Assembly (NCBI RefSeq): GCF_009914755.1
Contig: NC_060945.1
Direction: 5' to 3' (one strand)
Source of the DNA: the human T2T-CHM13v2.0 reference genome, Homo sapiens
DNA: 64,000 bases
In this document: positions 46,815 to 63,858 of the stretch, in pieces
Numbering within the stretch: the first letter of the stretch is position 1
Layout: each line of letters begins with the position of its first letter
The notes under the pieces: model-generated
The model's database searches: none
What the model saw: the letters and a program-made list of their open reading frames with translations, nothing else
Told to the model about the DNA's origin: nothing
Position numbers and translations under genes: made by a program

Positions 46815-49328
46815 AAGATGTATACGATCTGAAGAGAAACCAGGGATGCAGGACGGTTAAACATCTGCAAGTCAATAAATGTGATAGGCCATATAAACAG
46901 AATTAAAAACAAAAATCATGTGATCATCTCAATACATGCAGAAAAAGGATTTGACAAAATCCAGCATCCCTTTATGATTAAAACCCTCAGCAAAATCAAC
47001 ATCGAAGGGACAAACCTTAAGGTAATAAAAGCTATATATGACAAACACAGCCAACATTACACTGAATGGGGAAAAGTTGAAAGCATTCCCCCTGAGAATT
47101 GGAACAAGACAATGATGCCCACTTTCACCACTTCTATTCAACACAGTACTAGAAGTCCTCGCCAGAGTAATCAGATAAGAGAAATAAAGGGCATCCAAAT
47201 CGGTAAAGAGGAAGTCGAACTGTCACTCTTTGCTGATGACATGATCGTAAACCTAGAAAGCCCTAAAGACTCATCCCAAAAGCTACCAGAACTGGTAAAT
47301 GAATTCAGCAAAGTTTCAGGATACAAAATTAAGGTACACAAGTCAGTGGCTCTGCTATACTGTAACAGTGAACAAGCTGAGAATCAAATAAAAAACTCAC
47401 CACCTTTTACAATAGCTGCAATAAAAACCTGAGGAATATTATGATTCCTATAATTATAATAGTATATTCCTATAATTGTCAATTGCATGCAATCTTTGCA
47501 GACAAAATCTTAATTATATCCGGAATACTTAACCAAAGAGACAAAAGACCTCTACAAGGAAAACTACAAAACACTGCTGAGAGAAATCATAGATACAAAC
47601 AAATGGAAACATATCCCATGCTCACGGATGGGTAAAATCAATATTGTGAAAATACCATACTGCCAAAAGCTATCTACAAACTCAATGCAATCCCCATTAA
47701 AGTACTAACATCAGTCTTCACAGAACTACAAAAATTCACATGGAACTAAAAAAGACATAGAAGGGACATACCTTAAGGTAATAAAAGCCTAGAACCAAAA
47801 AAGAATCTGTATAGCCAAAACAAGACTAAGCAAAAAGAACAAATCTAGAAGCCGACTTCAAACTATATTAGAAGGCCATAGTCCCCAAAACAGCATGGTA
47901 CTGGTATAAAAATAGCCATATAGACCAATGGGACATAATAGAGAACCCAGAAATAAAGCCAAATACTTACAGTCATCTAATCTTCAACAAAGCAAACAAA
48001 AACATAAAGCAGAGAAAGAATACCCTATTCAACAAATGGTGCTGGGATAAATGGCAAGCCGCACATAGAATAATGAAAGTGGATGTTCATTTCTCACCCT
48101 TTTAAAAATCAACTCAAGATGGATCAAGGACTTAAATCTAATACCTGAAACTATAAAAATTCTAGAAGACGCCATTGGAAAAACCCTTCTAGACATTGGC
48201 TTAGGCAAAGACTTCATGACCAATAACCCAAAAAGCAAATGCAACTAAAACAAAGATAAATAGATGAGACTTAATTAAACTAAAAGGTTTCTGCACAGCA
48301 AAAGAAATAATCAGCAGAGTAAACAGACAACCTAAAGAGTGGGAGAAAATCTTTGCAAACTGTACTTCTGATTAAAGGACTAATAGCCAGAATCTGCAAG
48401 GAACTCAAATAAACCATCAAGAAAAAAAAATCCCATCAAAAAGTGGGCTAAGGACATGAACAGACAATTCTCAAAAGAAGATATACAACTGGCCAACAAA
48501 CACATGAAAAAATGCTCAACATAACTAATTATCAGGGAAATGCAAATCAAAACCACAATACAATATGATAACCCCTTCACTCCTGCAAGAATGGTCATAA
48601 TCAAAAAATCAAAAACTAATAGATGTTGGCATGGTTGTGGTAAAAAGGGAACACTTTTACACTTTTTGGAGGGAATGCAAGCTAGTACAACAGCTATGGA
48701 AAAGAGTGAGGAGATTTCCAAAGAACTAAAAGCAGATCTATCATTTGATCCAGTAATTCCACTCCTGGGTATCTACTCAGAGGAAAATAAGTCATTATAT
48801 GAAAAAGATACTTGCACACGCATGTTTATAGCAGCACAATATGCAATTGCAAGAATTTGAAACCAGCCTAAATGCCCATCAATCAGTAAGTGGATAAAGA
48901 AAGTGTGTTATAAATATTTACCATGGAATACTACTCAGCCATAAGATGGAATGAAGTAATGCATTCACAGCAACCTGGATGAAACTGGACACCATTATTC
49001 TAAGTGAAGTAACTTTGGAATGGAAAACCAAACCTTGTATGTTCTCATTCATAAATGGGAGCTAAGCTATAAGGATGCAAAGGCATAAGAATGATACAAT
49101 GGTCTTCGGGGACTCAGGGAAAGGCTGGGAGTGGTGAGGTGGGTGCGGTGAGGGATAAAACACTACATATTGGGTATAGTGTACTCTGCTCGGGTGATGG
49201 GTGCACCACAAATCTCAGAAATCGCCACTAAAGAACTTATTCATGTAACCAAACACCACCTGTTCCCCCAAAACCTATTGAAATAAAAAAAAACATCATA
49301 TTCCTCAAAAACCTATTGAAATAAAAAA
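46815..49328 (+). mobile_element. L1PB-type 5'-truncated LINE-1
   Basis: ORF2 remnants ([10 protein letters not shown]); 3' UTR 'ctacatattgggtatagtgtactctgctcgggtgatgggtgcacca...aaacctattgaaataaa'; TSD-like aaattaacca..ataa at ~46795 and ~49330. Confidence 0.92.
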
Positions 49329-49591
49329 TAAATTAACCACAATAATATTTGGCATTGGGTACGAGGGCCCTAATGGATGGGAGCACTGCAGTCACATTAC
49401 AGCAATCCACTGTGAAACACCATTTATTCTTTGCAGGTTTAAGAACAGGCCAAATTCTACTGCTAAATGTTGAAGCAATGAGGATAATCACCCCTTCACT
49501 AATTAATTAGGTCTTATATAATAAGTTTTATTTATTTGAAATCATGTGTAATTTCTGTTGGACCATATTTGCTAATTTATCAAGATGGGGA

Positions 49592-49890
<299 letters not shown>

Positions 49891-50389
49891 AAAAATAAAT
49901 CAAATTTAAAAAAAAACAGGAGAGGGAGTTCTGTAAGGTTACATTTGTGAAGTCAATGTGTAAGTGCAAATGGTTTAATTTCAATTTGTTACTCATTAGG
50001 TCAGAGCATCCATGTCCCCTATGGACAAACTCTTCTATGACTACAGGAAATTTACTCAAGGGAACAAATATGAGGCATATCTATGTGTCCTCTATTCTAT
50101 ATGCAGTTACTCTGCTAGGATTAGGGGATGCAAAGTTTAAATTTAGTGAAATCTCAGGTATAACAAAGTTTGAGCTCCAGTATTGATTAAGTTTGTGAAG
50201 GTATACCAATTGGTAGATTTCAGCAGATGTTAAAATTGATTCAGAATATATGCTGGAGAGTTACAAATACCAGTCAGCACCCTTTTATCTTTGGACTGTA
50301 TAAATTGTTTTAGAAGATAGTACATTTCCAGTTAGGTCAGATGATAGACTTCCGTTTTAATTTAAATTTTGTTTTTGTGCATATCCATG

Positions 50390-50720
50390 TTCCTTCCCTT
50401 CCTTTCTTCCTTCCTTCCTTCCCTCCTTCCTTCTCTCCTTCCTTCCTTCCCTCTTTCCTTCCTTCCCTCTCCTTCCTTCCCTCTCTCTTTCCTTCCCTCT
50501 CTCCTTCCTTCCCTCTCACCTTCCTTCCTTCCCTCCCTCCCTCCTTCCCTTTCCTTACTTCCTCCTTTCCTTCATTCCTTCCTGCCCTCCTTCCCTCCTT
50601 CCTTCATTCCTCCCTTCCATCTCTCCTTCCTTCCTTCCATCCCTACCTCCCTCCCTGCTTCCTTCCTTCCCTCTCTCCTTCCTTCCCTCCTTCCGTCCTT
50701 CCTTCCTTCCCTCTCCCTCA
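50390..50720. repeat. (CCTT)n-type polypyrimidine tract
   Basis: ~330 bp almost entirely C/T. Confidence 0.97.
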
Positions 50721-51582
50721 TTTTTTTGCCACTGGATATGGGGAAGGTTGTTCTCTTTCCCACTCATACTTATAATTTTTTTATTTGAAACAGCCCCAAA
50801 TCAGTATCTTCAGAGTTAAGGTCCTCCTTGTGAGCAGATTGTGTGGTTTAAGAACCCTAGACTTAAGTCAGGTTTGGATTTATCCCTTCTCTGTGCCTCA
50901 GGGGTACCGCAGGTGTCTTTTCCTATAACCCTGGGAATTAGATCTTTGTTGTGGCAGAACCATAAGTCGCAGAGCGATGCAGCACAACCAGCCCACAATT
51001 CAGGGGTCAGTGGATTGAAATCGTCTTCTGCTACGGCTCCATCTGGTTCTTCCAGGACTTCCCTCCCTCCTTTTTTTTTCCTTTTAGGGTGTTGAAACTT
51101 TAGTGGCATCTACATTGCCTCATAATCAGTCAAAACTCCCCTTATCCCACATCATGGATTAAAGAGAACATTGCCAGGAGCCCTTCACTCTTCTAGAAGG
51201 ACTTTATTTGATAGGTCCTTTTTCCATGGTTTAGAATAAAAGAGGTAATAACTAGAAATGTCCCCCTCATAATAGGCTCTACAGCAAATTCTACTTTAAA
51301 GGTTGTTGTTCGTGTCTTCAACTGTGGCTGCCTTTAATGATTTTGTCATCCACAGACAGTTGTCTCATTTTGGTCCTCTTTAAATGATGGTTTTATAATC
51401 AGCTATAAAATTTAACAGATGCCCTTAAATGCAGGATTCTGATTAATAACGCTGGAGATTGTGACAATAGAATAGAAGGAAAACTTTCAAATAGAAGAGT
51501 GAATGGTGTTTTGTCTACTTTGGACCATATTTTTATAAATATATTATTAGTATGTATTCCAAAATTATTGGAAACTTATATA

Positions 51583-51990
51583 GAAATGTAATCCCCAGTG
51601 TTGGAAATGGGTCCTGCTGGGAGGTGGCTGGTCCATGGGAGCAGTTTCCAGTCGTTCCCAGTGTTGGAGACGGGGCCTGCTGGAAGGTGGCTGGTCCATG
51701 GGAGCAGCTTCCAGTGGTTCCCACTGTAGGAGATGGGGCCTGCTGGGAGGTGGTTTGTCCATGTAAGCAGTTTCTAATGGTTAAGCATCATCCCCCTAGC
51801 GCTGCTCTTGTGATGGAGTTCTCATGAGATCTTGTTGCTAAAGTGTGTAGGACCTTCCCCCTCTCTCTTTTCCTCCTGCTCTTGCTTTACCTTCCACCAT
51901 GATTGTTAAGTTTCCTGAGGCCTCCCCAGAAGCTGAGCAGATGTCAGCATCATGCTTGCTGTACAGGCTGTGGAAGTGTGAGCCAATTTT
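51583..51990 (+). mobile_element. MaLR LTR (MSTB-like) with an internal 63-bp triplication
   Basis: aaatgtaatccccagtgttgga...ccttccaccatgattgttaagtttcctgaggcctccccagaagc; repeat starts at 51594, 51657, 51720. Confidence 0.88.
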
Positions 51991-52007
51991 CAGTACTCTT
52001 CTGTTTT

Positions 52008-52696
52008 CCTTTTATTTTATTTTATTTTTTTAAATTTTATTTTAAGTTCCAGGATACATGTGCAGGACATGCAGGTTTGTTACATGGGTAAACGTGCACT
52101 ATGATGATTTGCTGTACTTATCAACCCATCGCCTAGGTATTAAGCCCCACACGCTTTAGCTATTTATCCTGATGCTCTCCCTCCCTGTCCCCAACGACAG
52201 GCCCCAGTGTGTGTTGTTCCCCTCCCTGTGTCCAGGTGTTCTCATTATTCAGCTCCCACTTATGAGTGAGAATATACGGTATTTGGTCTTCTGTTCCTGT
52301 ATTAGTTTGCATGGCTTCCAGATTCATTCATGTCCCTGTAAAAGACATGATCTCATTCCTTTTTATTGCTGCATAGTATTCCATGGTGTGTATGTACCAC
52401 ATTTTCTTTATCCAGTCTATCATTGACGGGCATTTGGATTGAGTCCATGTTTTTGCTATTATGAATAGTGCTGCTATAAACATACGCATGCATATATCTT
52501 TATAATAGAATGATTTATAGTCCTTTGGATACATACCCAGTAATGGGATTTCTGGGTCAAATGGTAGTTCTGGTTCTAGATCCCTGCAGAATCGCCAAAC
52601 TGTCTTCCACAATGATGGAACTAATTCATATTCCTGCCAACAGTGTAAAAGTGTTTATTTCTCCACAGCTTTGCCAGCATCTGTTGTTTCTTGACT
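52008..52696 (-). mobile_element. L1PA8-like 3' fragment
   Basis: 'gatacatgtgcaggacatgcagg...caacccatcgcctaggtattaagccc'; ORF 52328-52612. Confidence 0.88.
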
Positions 52697-57084
<4,388 letters not shown>

Positions 57085-57160
57085 TAGTCTTCTGTTTTCT
57101 AGATTTTTCAGTACACTTCTGTTTACTAGATTAAGACATTCCTGTGGAAAATTTTTCTCT

Positions 57161-57193
<33 letters not shown>

Positions 57194-59206
57194 CGCATAA
57201 GACATCCTTAAAAAAATCCTGGTTTTTTTTTTTAATATTTTCTACTTATCTTTGGTTTTTTAGTGATAAGTGGTTTGAAAGTGAACTGCATTCGTATAGT
57301 TTTCTTCACATTTCTTGTGCTTGAGGTTATTTGAGATTCTTAAAACTGTGGGTTTATTGTTTTCATCAATTTTGTATTTTTTCTACTATTATTTCTTCAA
57401 TTTTCTGGGGCTTTTTAAGCTTTTGTTCTGTTTATTCTCCTTTGGGTATTCCAGTAACATGTAAGTTATGCTACTAAAAGTTGTTCTACAGCTCACTGAT
57501 CTTTTTTTTTAATGTGTACTTTCTTTCTGTGATTTATGCTGGTTGGTTTCTACTGTGTTCGCAGGGTTAGCCTGGTGTGACTCTGTGGCTTTCTTGAGAC
57601 ATTTAAATAGTACCAAATTTTATTTAAAAATTTTAACCAACACACTATGTTTACTCATGTTTGAAGGAAAGCTCTTGGCTGTTCCTCTTTTTTCTGCCTC
57701 ACTCTTACCAATGCAGATGACAGAGACTTGCAGACTCATCTAAGCCTTGTAAGACTCCATAACACGTTTAAAAAAATCATAACTGCTTTTTTGTTTACAT
57801 ATTATAGAGTCATTATTTAATTCTGAATCTAGCTTTAAATTTTGTTTAAAGTAGGAAATATTTTTTGTTCCCACTTAATGCTATTGAGTAGGTATATTTG
57901 TGTTGCTGCTTACTAGAGGACTAATAATTATAGTTGGCCATGAAGCAAAAATCACATATTTCTAAATTACCCTTTCAAAAGATTCATTAAGTTGCCTGTA
58001 AATCACAATGTAGACCAAAGTATTTATGCAGTACTTTAGAGACTCTCAATAATGACAAATATCCAGGTTTCTCTCTAGTAGAAAAGAACAGTTGAGTACC
58101 AAATAGTTTGCATTTTATCATCTAACGTGCTTCAAAAATAAAATTTTAAGCATGAGAATTACACTCAGAGCAGTGAGATGTTCATACTCTGAGAGGCATT
58201 TAGGATGTGAAAGTGAGAAAACAAGATTTTGTGAATGTAGTCTTGGGATTACTCACTGTGTGTCTTTCAGCCACTTCCCCTCTCCCTCTCCTTTCATCGC
58301 TATCTTCTCCTTGATTTTGAGTTGATTTTTGTATATTTATAATGGAATTTCCCAATGTCATATTGTCTCAACAGCACATTATGAAACAAGTACTTTTAAA
58401 TTTACATTCAAACAGAGAAATAGAGGTTCTTCTTTGAAAGTATGGGTTCTTCTTTAAATGAACCCTACATTGCCTTTGGGGGGTGTTCATTATGTATAAT
58501 TTTTAAAAATTGCTAACATCTGAAGCTAAAATTCATTTTTTTGTATTAAGTCTAATAGTTTTTTTTAACTTAAGTGTAGATTTTTTAAAATGCTCCGTAG
58601 TGGTGTTATTTATATGATTTTTGTCACTGCAATTTGATTGCTTCATTCATTGCTTTCTTTGTAATACCATTTCTTCCAAATATCATGCTTTCATTGGTTT
58701 CATGAACAGATTTCTACTTTAGAGTGTGAGCAAGGATGTTCTGTTAAATAAATGGGAAAATTAATCCTCCCGAATTTATATTGTCATGTGGAAGTGAAGA
58801 GTAAGTTTAATTTTGTAGCATTTCATCCAGCTTTGTCTCCATCCTTTGATACATGAACAAATTACATGAGTGAAGAACACCACTGTGTTTTCTTAAATAA
58901 CTTTTCAACTTCAGTAAGTCATGAAAGGATCAAATATGAGAGAAATAGAGAACCTCAGGATCAACTCAAGTATTTGGAAAAAGTACTGAAAAATGAGGTG
59001 GGGTAGTTTCAAAACTGCCCTGCTCAGCATCGAAAGGCTCTTGTTTCTTAAGGAAGCCATGGAGTTTTATCAGCTTAAAAGTGAGTGGTTTGTAAAATGA
59101 AATTTTGTTTCTTTTAAACAACTTACTTTTGAAACTTCCATTCTTGTTCGTGGATTGTGGTTTGTTAGAACAGTGATTATTTAGTTTTTATGAGATGTTT
59201 CTTGTA

Positions 59207-59506
59207 TTTTTATTTATTTTTTTTAAGGCAGAGTCTTGCTCTGTCGCCCAGGCTGGAGTACAGTGGCTCAATCTCAGTTCACTGCAACCGCCACCTCCCA
59301 GGTTCAAGCGATTCTCGTGACTCAGCCTCCTGAGTAGTTGGGATTACAGGCACCTCCCACCACACCCAGCTAATTTTTGTATTTTTAGTAGAGATGAGGC
59401 TTCACCATGTTGGCCAGGCTTGTCTCAAACTTCTGACCTCAAGTGATCCACCCTCCTCAGCCTCCCAAAGTGCTAGGATTACAGGTGTGAGCCACCGTGC
59501 CCTGCC
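59207..59506 (-). mobile_element. AluSx/Sz
   Basis: Full dimer; TSD tgtttcttgtattt on both sides. Confidence 0.95.
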
Positions 59507-60817
59507 TGTTTCTTGTATTTGATGATGAAAATCTGTTATTAACAGGCATTGGGCCTGTTTCTTGTATTTTATCATGAAAATCTGTTATTGACAGTAAGAG
59601 GATGGGGGCTCAGGTTAGCAACAGGGTGTTAGAAAAGCAGCAGTAAAATTTTGGTTCTCAAAACATTTGATGTCTTATTCCTTTTTTTGAACATGGGTTT
59701 TTCTAAAAAAGACCAGTCATTTTGAAACTTGATTTTACTGTCATGTTCTCCTTTTGAAATTCATCTTATTGTTTGTATGAATTGGCAGTCCTATATGGGA
59801 AATTTCGGTTTTGCATATTTTCAGATTATTTTCATTTTTACTTCAGAGATTTTGAACAGATGCTATACAAAAGTATTTATTTATTCAACAAAATTTAGTG
59901 CTGCTTATGTTGCAAGCACTTACTGAACTTCATGCTGTATGTGCCTGAGATACTTTTGTGAACGTAATGGCAACATCAAAAACTTTGCCCTTATGCACCT
60001 TATAAACCTTTAATTTCAAGGCATACTGATGAGTGGGCATCTGCTATAACGTACTTTCATGGTCATTTAATTCACCATTATTTGGGTATACCTTATATTA
60101 AAGCGATTATTAAAAATTGGAAAATATTTAACACATCTTCATCTTGCCTTTTTCCTTAACATATGTAGATCAAGGGAGTCACTGAGAATCAGTTTTAGGG
60201 ATAGTTATAAAAATCTTAACTTTGCAAATATAACTTTGTCCTCAATGTAATAACTGGAAAAAATAATTTACGTTTCAAAGGCTTTAATCTTTGTATTTTT
60301 TTGAAAAGGAGCCTTCACCGAGATTTTTAAAAAATTATTGCTCTGTCCTACAGTAGAGACTGATAGAATCATGGATATGGTCCTCTAATGGATCTGTACC
60401 ACCTCAGTTCTCTTATTGTTGCCCTCCCGTGGTGAAAATTAAACCTTATTTTCATTTCATGTCTAGGATGTAGTATGTTCTTTTTGGGAAAAACAATGAT
60501 GTTTCTTGAGAAATAAGTGCCTTCAGTATCACTGTGTGTCACTTAATAAATATGACTAATATCTATTTTACCAGTTGTTGCAATTTGATCCTTAAACAGC
60601 CGTCTTTAAATTGTACTTTTTCTTTGGTTAGAGAAAAGTAATTATAATAGACATTAATTATTTTTACATAATTTTCTTATGTGGACAGCCGTTCTTAGAA
60701 CTAAAACTTTCAGATGTTTATATTACAAGTACAATTATTATTTATTATTATTAATGTCAGTACCAAAATGTAATCAACTCTCTTCCTTTTGCTTCCTTTT
60801 TTGAATCAAAATATTAC

Positions 60818-61073
60818 ACTTATAGAAGCAAGAGCAACGGCTCTATATCTGGATCACTGCAGTGCCTAGAAGATACAACAGCACAATTTACAAATCCAAA
60901 TTTCCAGGAAGTCTCTCCACATACCTCTCGTACAAAAGATGCTTCAGAGACTAGAGGGTCAGAGAGGAAAGAGAGGAAATATTCAACTCCCAGTTCAGGA
61001 CAAAAGGGAAGAAAGCCTGCTGTTGAAAGAAATCCAAGAATGACTGTGTCTGCAACTCGCTCCTTTCTGTGAA
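60818..61073 (+). pseudogene. MLLT10P: Duplicated single exon of MLLT10 (AF10) within intron-like flanks (unprocessed pseudogene fragment)
   Basis: TYRSKSNGSISGSLQCLEDTTAQFTNPNFQEVSPHTSRTKDASETRGSERKERKYSTPSSGQKGRKP versus recalled AF10 TYTSTSNNSISGSLKRLEDTTARFTNANFQEVSAHTSSGKDVSETRGSEGKGKKSSAHSSGQRGRKP; upstream polypyrimidine tract; GT at 61074. Confidence 0.9.
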
Positions 61074-61562
61074 GTATTCATGGTGCTTTACTTAAAATAT
61101 TTGCTGTTATGATCGTCAATAATATTAATAGTTATGCTTTGTAAAAGAATTTATTCTTTACTTATAATTAATGGATGATTCTAAGTTATTATATGTTTAG
61201 TTGCTATAGTAAGATGATGTGAAAGATTTGTTGCCTGTTAAATATTTCTGGGATCTTTGTTTTATTTTTATATTATGATTTGTGCTTCCAAAGTTGAGCT
61301 GTAATTTTATTGTTTATACAAATGTAGAATAAAGCTTAGGTTTGGGGAGAAAAATAAAAGCTAGAGTTTTCCTTTCAGCTATAGAACAGTCATTTATTTC
61401 TATAAATGTTTTTTATGTAGCTTTCCTAGTTCCACATTTAAAAAGATAAATATGGGGATCTACACAGGTCTCAGTAAACAATAGTTCTTGGTTAATAATG
61501 CATTTATTACAAAGCTTGAAGTTTAAAGTAGAATTTTGCTCAGCGTACATATCTTTTATGGT

Positions 61563-61738
61563 CAGGCTGCTATAATTATGTAATACCCCGTTAAATTTCA
61601 ATTTCAGATAAACAAGGAATAATATTTTAGTATAACCATGTCCCAAATATTGCATGGGATATACTTACACTGAAAAAAGTATTTGTTTATCTGAAATTTC
61701 AAATTAACTGGGCATGCTATATTTTCTGTGGCAACCTG
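61563..61738. mobile_element. MER53 hAT-type MITE (palindromic)
   Basis: gttaaatttcaatttcagataaacaa...tgtcccaaatattgcatggga...ttgtttatctgaaatttcaaattaactggg...ggcaacc. Confidence 0.88.
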
Positions 61739-61821
61739 TTTTATAGAGAACAGAGTAGAGTAAGTCAGCTAAATTTTAGAATACTTAACCCTAACCTGGT
61801 GTTCTAGGTCTTTCCTTCTTG

Positions 61822-62338
61822 TAATTATTATTATTATTTGGAGTCAGGGTCGTGCTGCATCACCCAGGCTGGAGTGCAGTGGCGCAATCACAGTGCCCTG
61901 TAGCCTTGAGCATCTGGGCTCAGGTGATTCTGGCACCTCTGCCTTTGCCTCTCAAGTAGCTAGTACCACAGGTATGTGGGCCCAGCTAAATTTTTTTTTT
62001 TTCTCATAGAGACAGGGTCTCAGGCTGGTCTGGAACTCCTGGGCTCAAGCAATCCTCCCACCTCTGCCTTCACTTCCCAAATAGCTGAGACCACAGGCAC
62101 ATGCCACCACCATACCCAGCTTATTTTTTATCAGGTTGGTGCAAGAGTAATTGCGGGGTTTGCCATTGAAAGTAATGGCAAAACCCGCAATTACTTTTTG
62201 TACCACCCTAATAATTTTTTGTGGAGACAGGGTCTTGCCCTGTTGTCTAGGCTGGTTTCCAACTCCTGGGCTCGAGTGACCCTCTTGCCTTGACCTCTAA
62301 AAGTTCTGGGATTACAGACGGGAGCCACTGCACCAAGC
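61822..62338 (-). mobile_element. AluJ-derived three-monomer composite
   Basis: Right arm ~61840-61990, hybrid arm ~62007-62120, left arm ~62220-62338. Confidence 0.8.
62131..62211. mobile_element. MADE1 (Hsmar1-derived MITE)
   Basis: tcaggttggtgcaagagtaattgcgg...ccgcaattactttttgtaccaccctaa, flanked by TA at 62129-62130 and 62212-62213. Confidence 0.95.
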
Positions 62339-63454
62339 TACTTTGTATAATTTTTAACATAAACATAAATATTTTGAGAAATAGATATGTTAATACCATT
62401 GGAGGAAAATATATTGTAAAGTATACAATAGAAAAAAAATCAAGCAAAATACAACAAATACAACAAAAAATTATCAAAATTTTCAGAGGAACAGAACAAA
62501 ATCTAGTTTTACAATCTTCAGAATTCAATCCCATTATAATAAACATATAAAGAAACATATTCAAAGAAAAAGGCAATCAATAGAGACTGACCTCGAGATG
62601 ACCCAGATGTTGGAATTAGTGTGGATTTTTAAAGTAGTTATTGTAATTCTTACTAAAATCAAAACCCCAAAAACCCTTAAAATAAATGGATAGGAAATCA
62701 CAGCAGAGAAGAAGAAACTACAATAATAACAAAGGCTTAAGTGGAAATTCTAGAAGTGAGAACCTTTTCAAAATTAAAAAATAATAATCAGTTGCTTTCA
62801 GGAGCAGCTTGGAGGTGGTAAAGAGTCAATGAACCTTAAAATACAATTGAAATGATTCAATCTGAAAAATGTGAGCAGTCATAGGTTGAGGTGAGGGAGC
62901 TTTTCCTTTGGTTAGTGCTTTTAGGTAATCTTGGTTTTGATAAGATTACTACACTGATCCGTCAGGGGCATGCTAAGCCAGAGTTTAACTTGGTTTCAGT
63001 AGTGCTTTAAACAAAACTCATGATATCCTGTGTACAAGATGGAAGAAGAGTGGACCAGATGACAATATTTAGATGCAGTCATTCTTAACCTCCGTTGCTC
63101 TCCCAGTGGTCTAGCTGAGGTTTGTATAAAGTGGAATGGGAGGAATAGGGAAGGAGCCCCCACCTACCCTCTCCCCTTATCCACTTGTCCTCCTTCACTA
63201 GTGGATAAAGTCCACGGGAACAGGCAAGTTATTTTAAATCTGTATCTTCTGTTGTCAAGATCTGTAATCAGTTCTGCTCGCTGGACTGGGGACAGGAACC
63301 AAGGGAACATGAGGGTGAACGGGTTGGCATGGAGTCCAGGAACACACTGTGCCTACATGCAGAATATTTGTGCCAGGAAAGCCAGTCAGCAGGCAGATGG
63401 TCTCAGATACCAAGCTAGTGTTGGGAAGCCAGATTCAGTCTCTTGAAGGTGGTG

Positions 63455-63632
63455 TTCCTCATTCTGTGGTTTGTATCACTTGCTTCAGAATGACCTGGAG
63501 TACTTATAAAAATGCAAATTTTGAGCCCAATCCTAGACCTCCTAAGCCTGTATCTCTATGGATGGGTCTCAGTAGTCAATATTGGAAATGTGCAGGTCCC
63601 TAGGAGATGCTTATGCATATAGATTTGAACTG
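63455..63632. mobile_element. MER5-like hAT fragment
   Basis: 'cagaatgacctggagtacttataaaaatgcaaatttt...tgcaggtccctaggagatgcttatgca...tttgaac'. Confidence 0.6.
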
Positions 63633-63694
63633 TTGTGTTTAAGGGTTAGGGAGCTAGCAAAAGCAAGGAATAGACCAAGCCCTTGGGTGGGAAG

Positions 63695-63858
63695 GCTCCA
63701 TAACCTTGGCACTGTTAGCATTCTGGGCGGAACAGGATTCTGCCATATGCTTCGCAGCATCCCTAACCTCTACTCTCTAACACCGTATTCCAGTTGTGAA
63801 AACCAAAAATGTCCCCTGGGAGGCAAAATAGTCACCATTTGGGAACTGGAACCACTGC
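63695..63858. mobile_element. MER20 fragment
   Basis: 'accttggcactgttagcattctggg...gcagcatccctaacctctac...ccagttgtgaaaaccaaaaatgtc...gaaccactg'. Confidence 0.8.

Noticed and set aside
50337-50788. Pro/Ser/Phe-rich and Glu/Gly/Arg-rich ORFs
   Set aside because: Translation of the (CCTT)n tract
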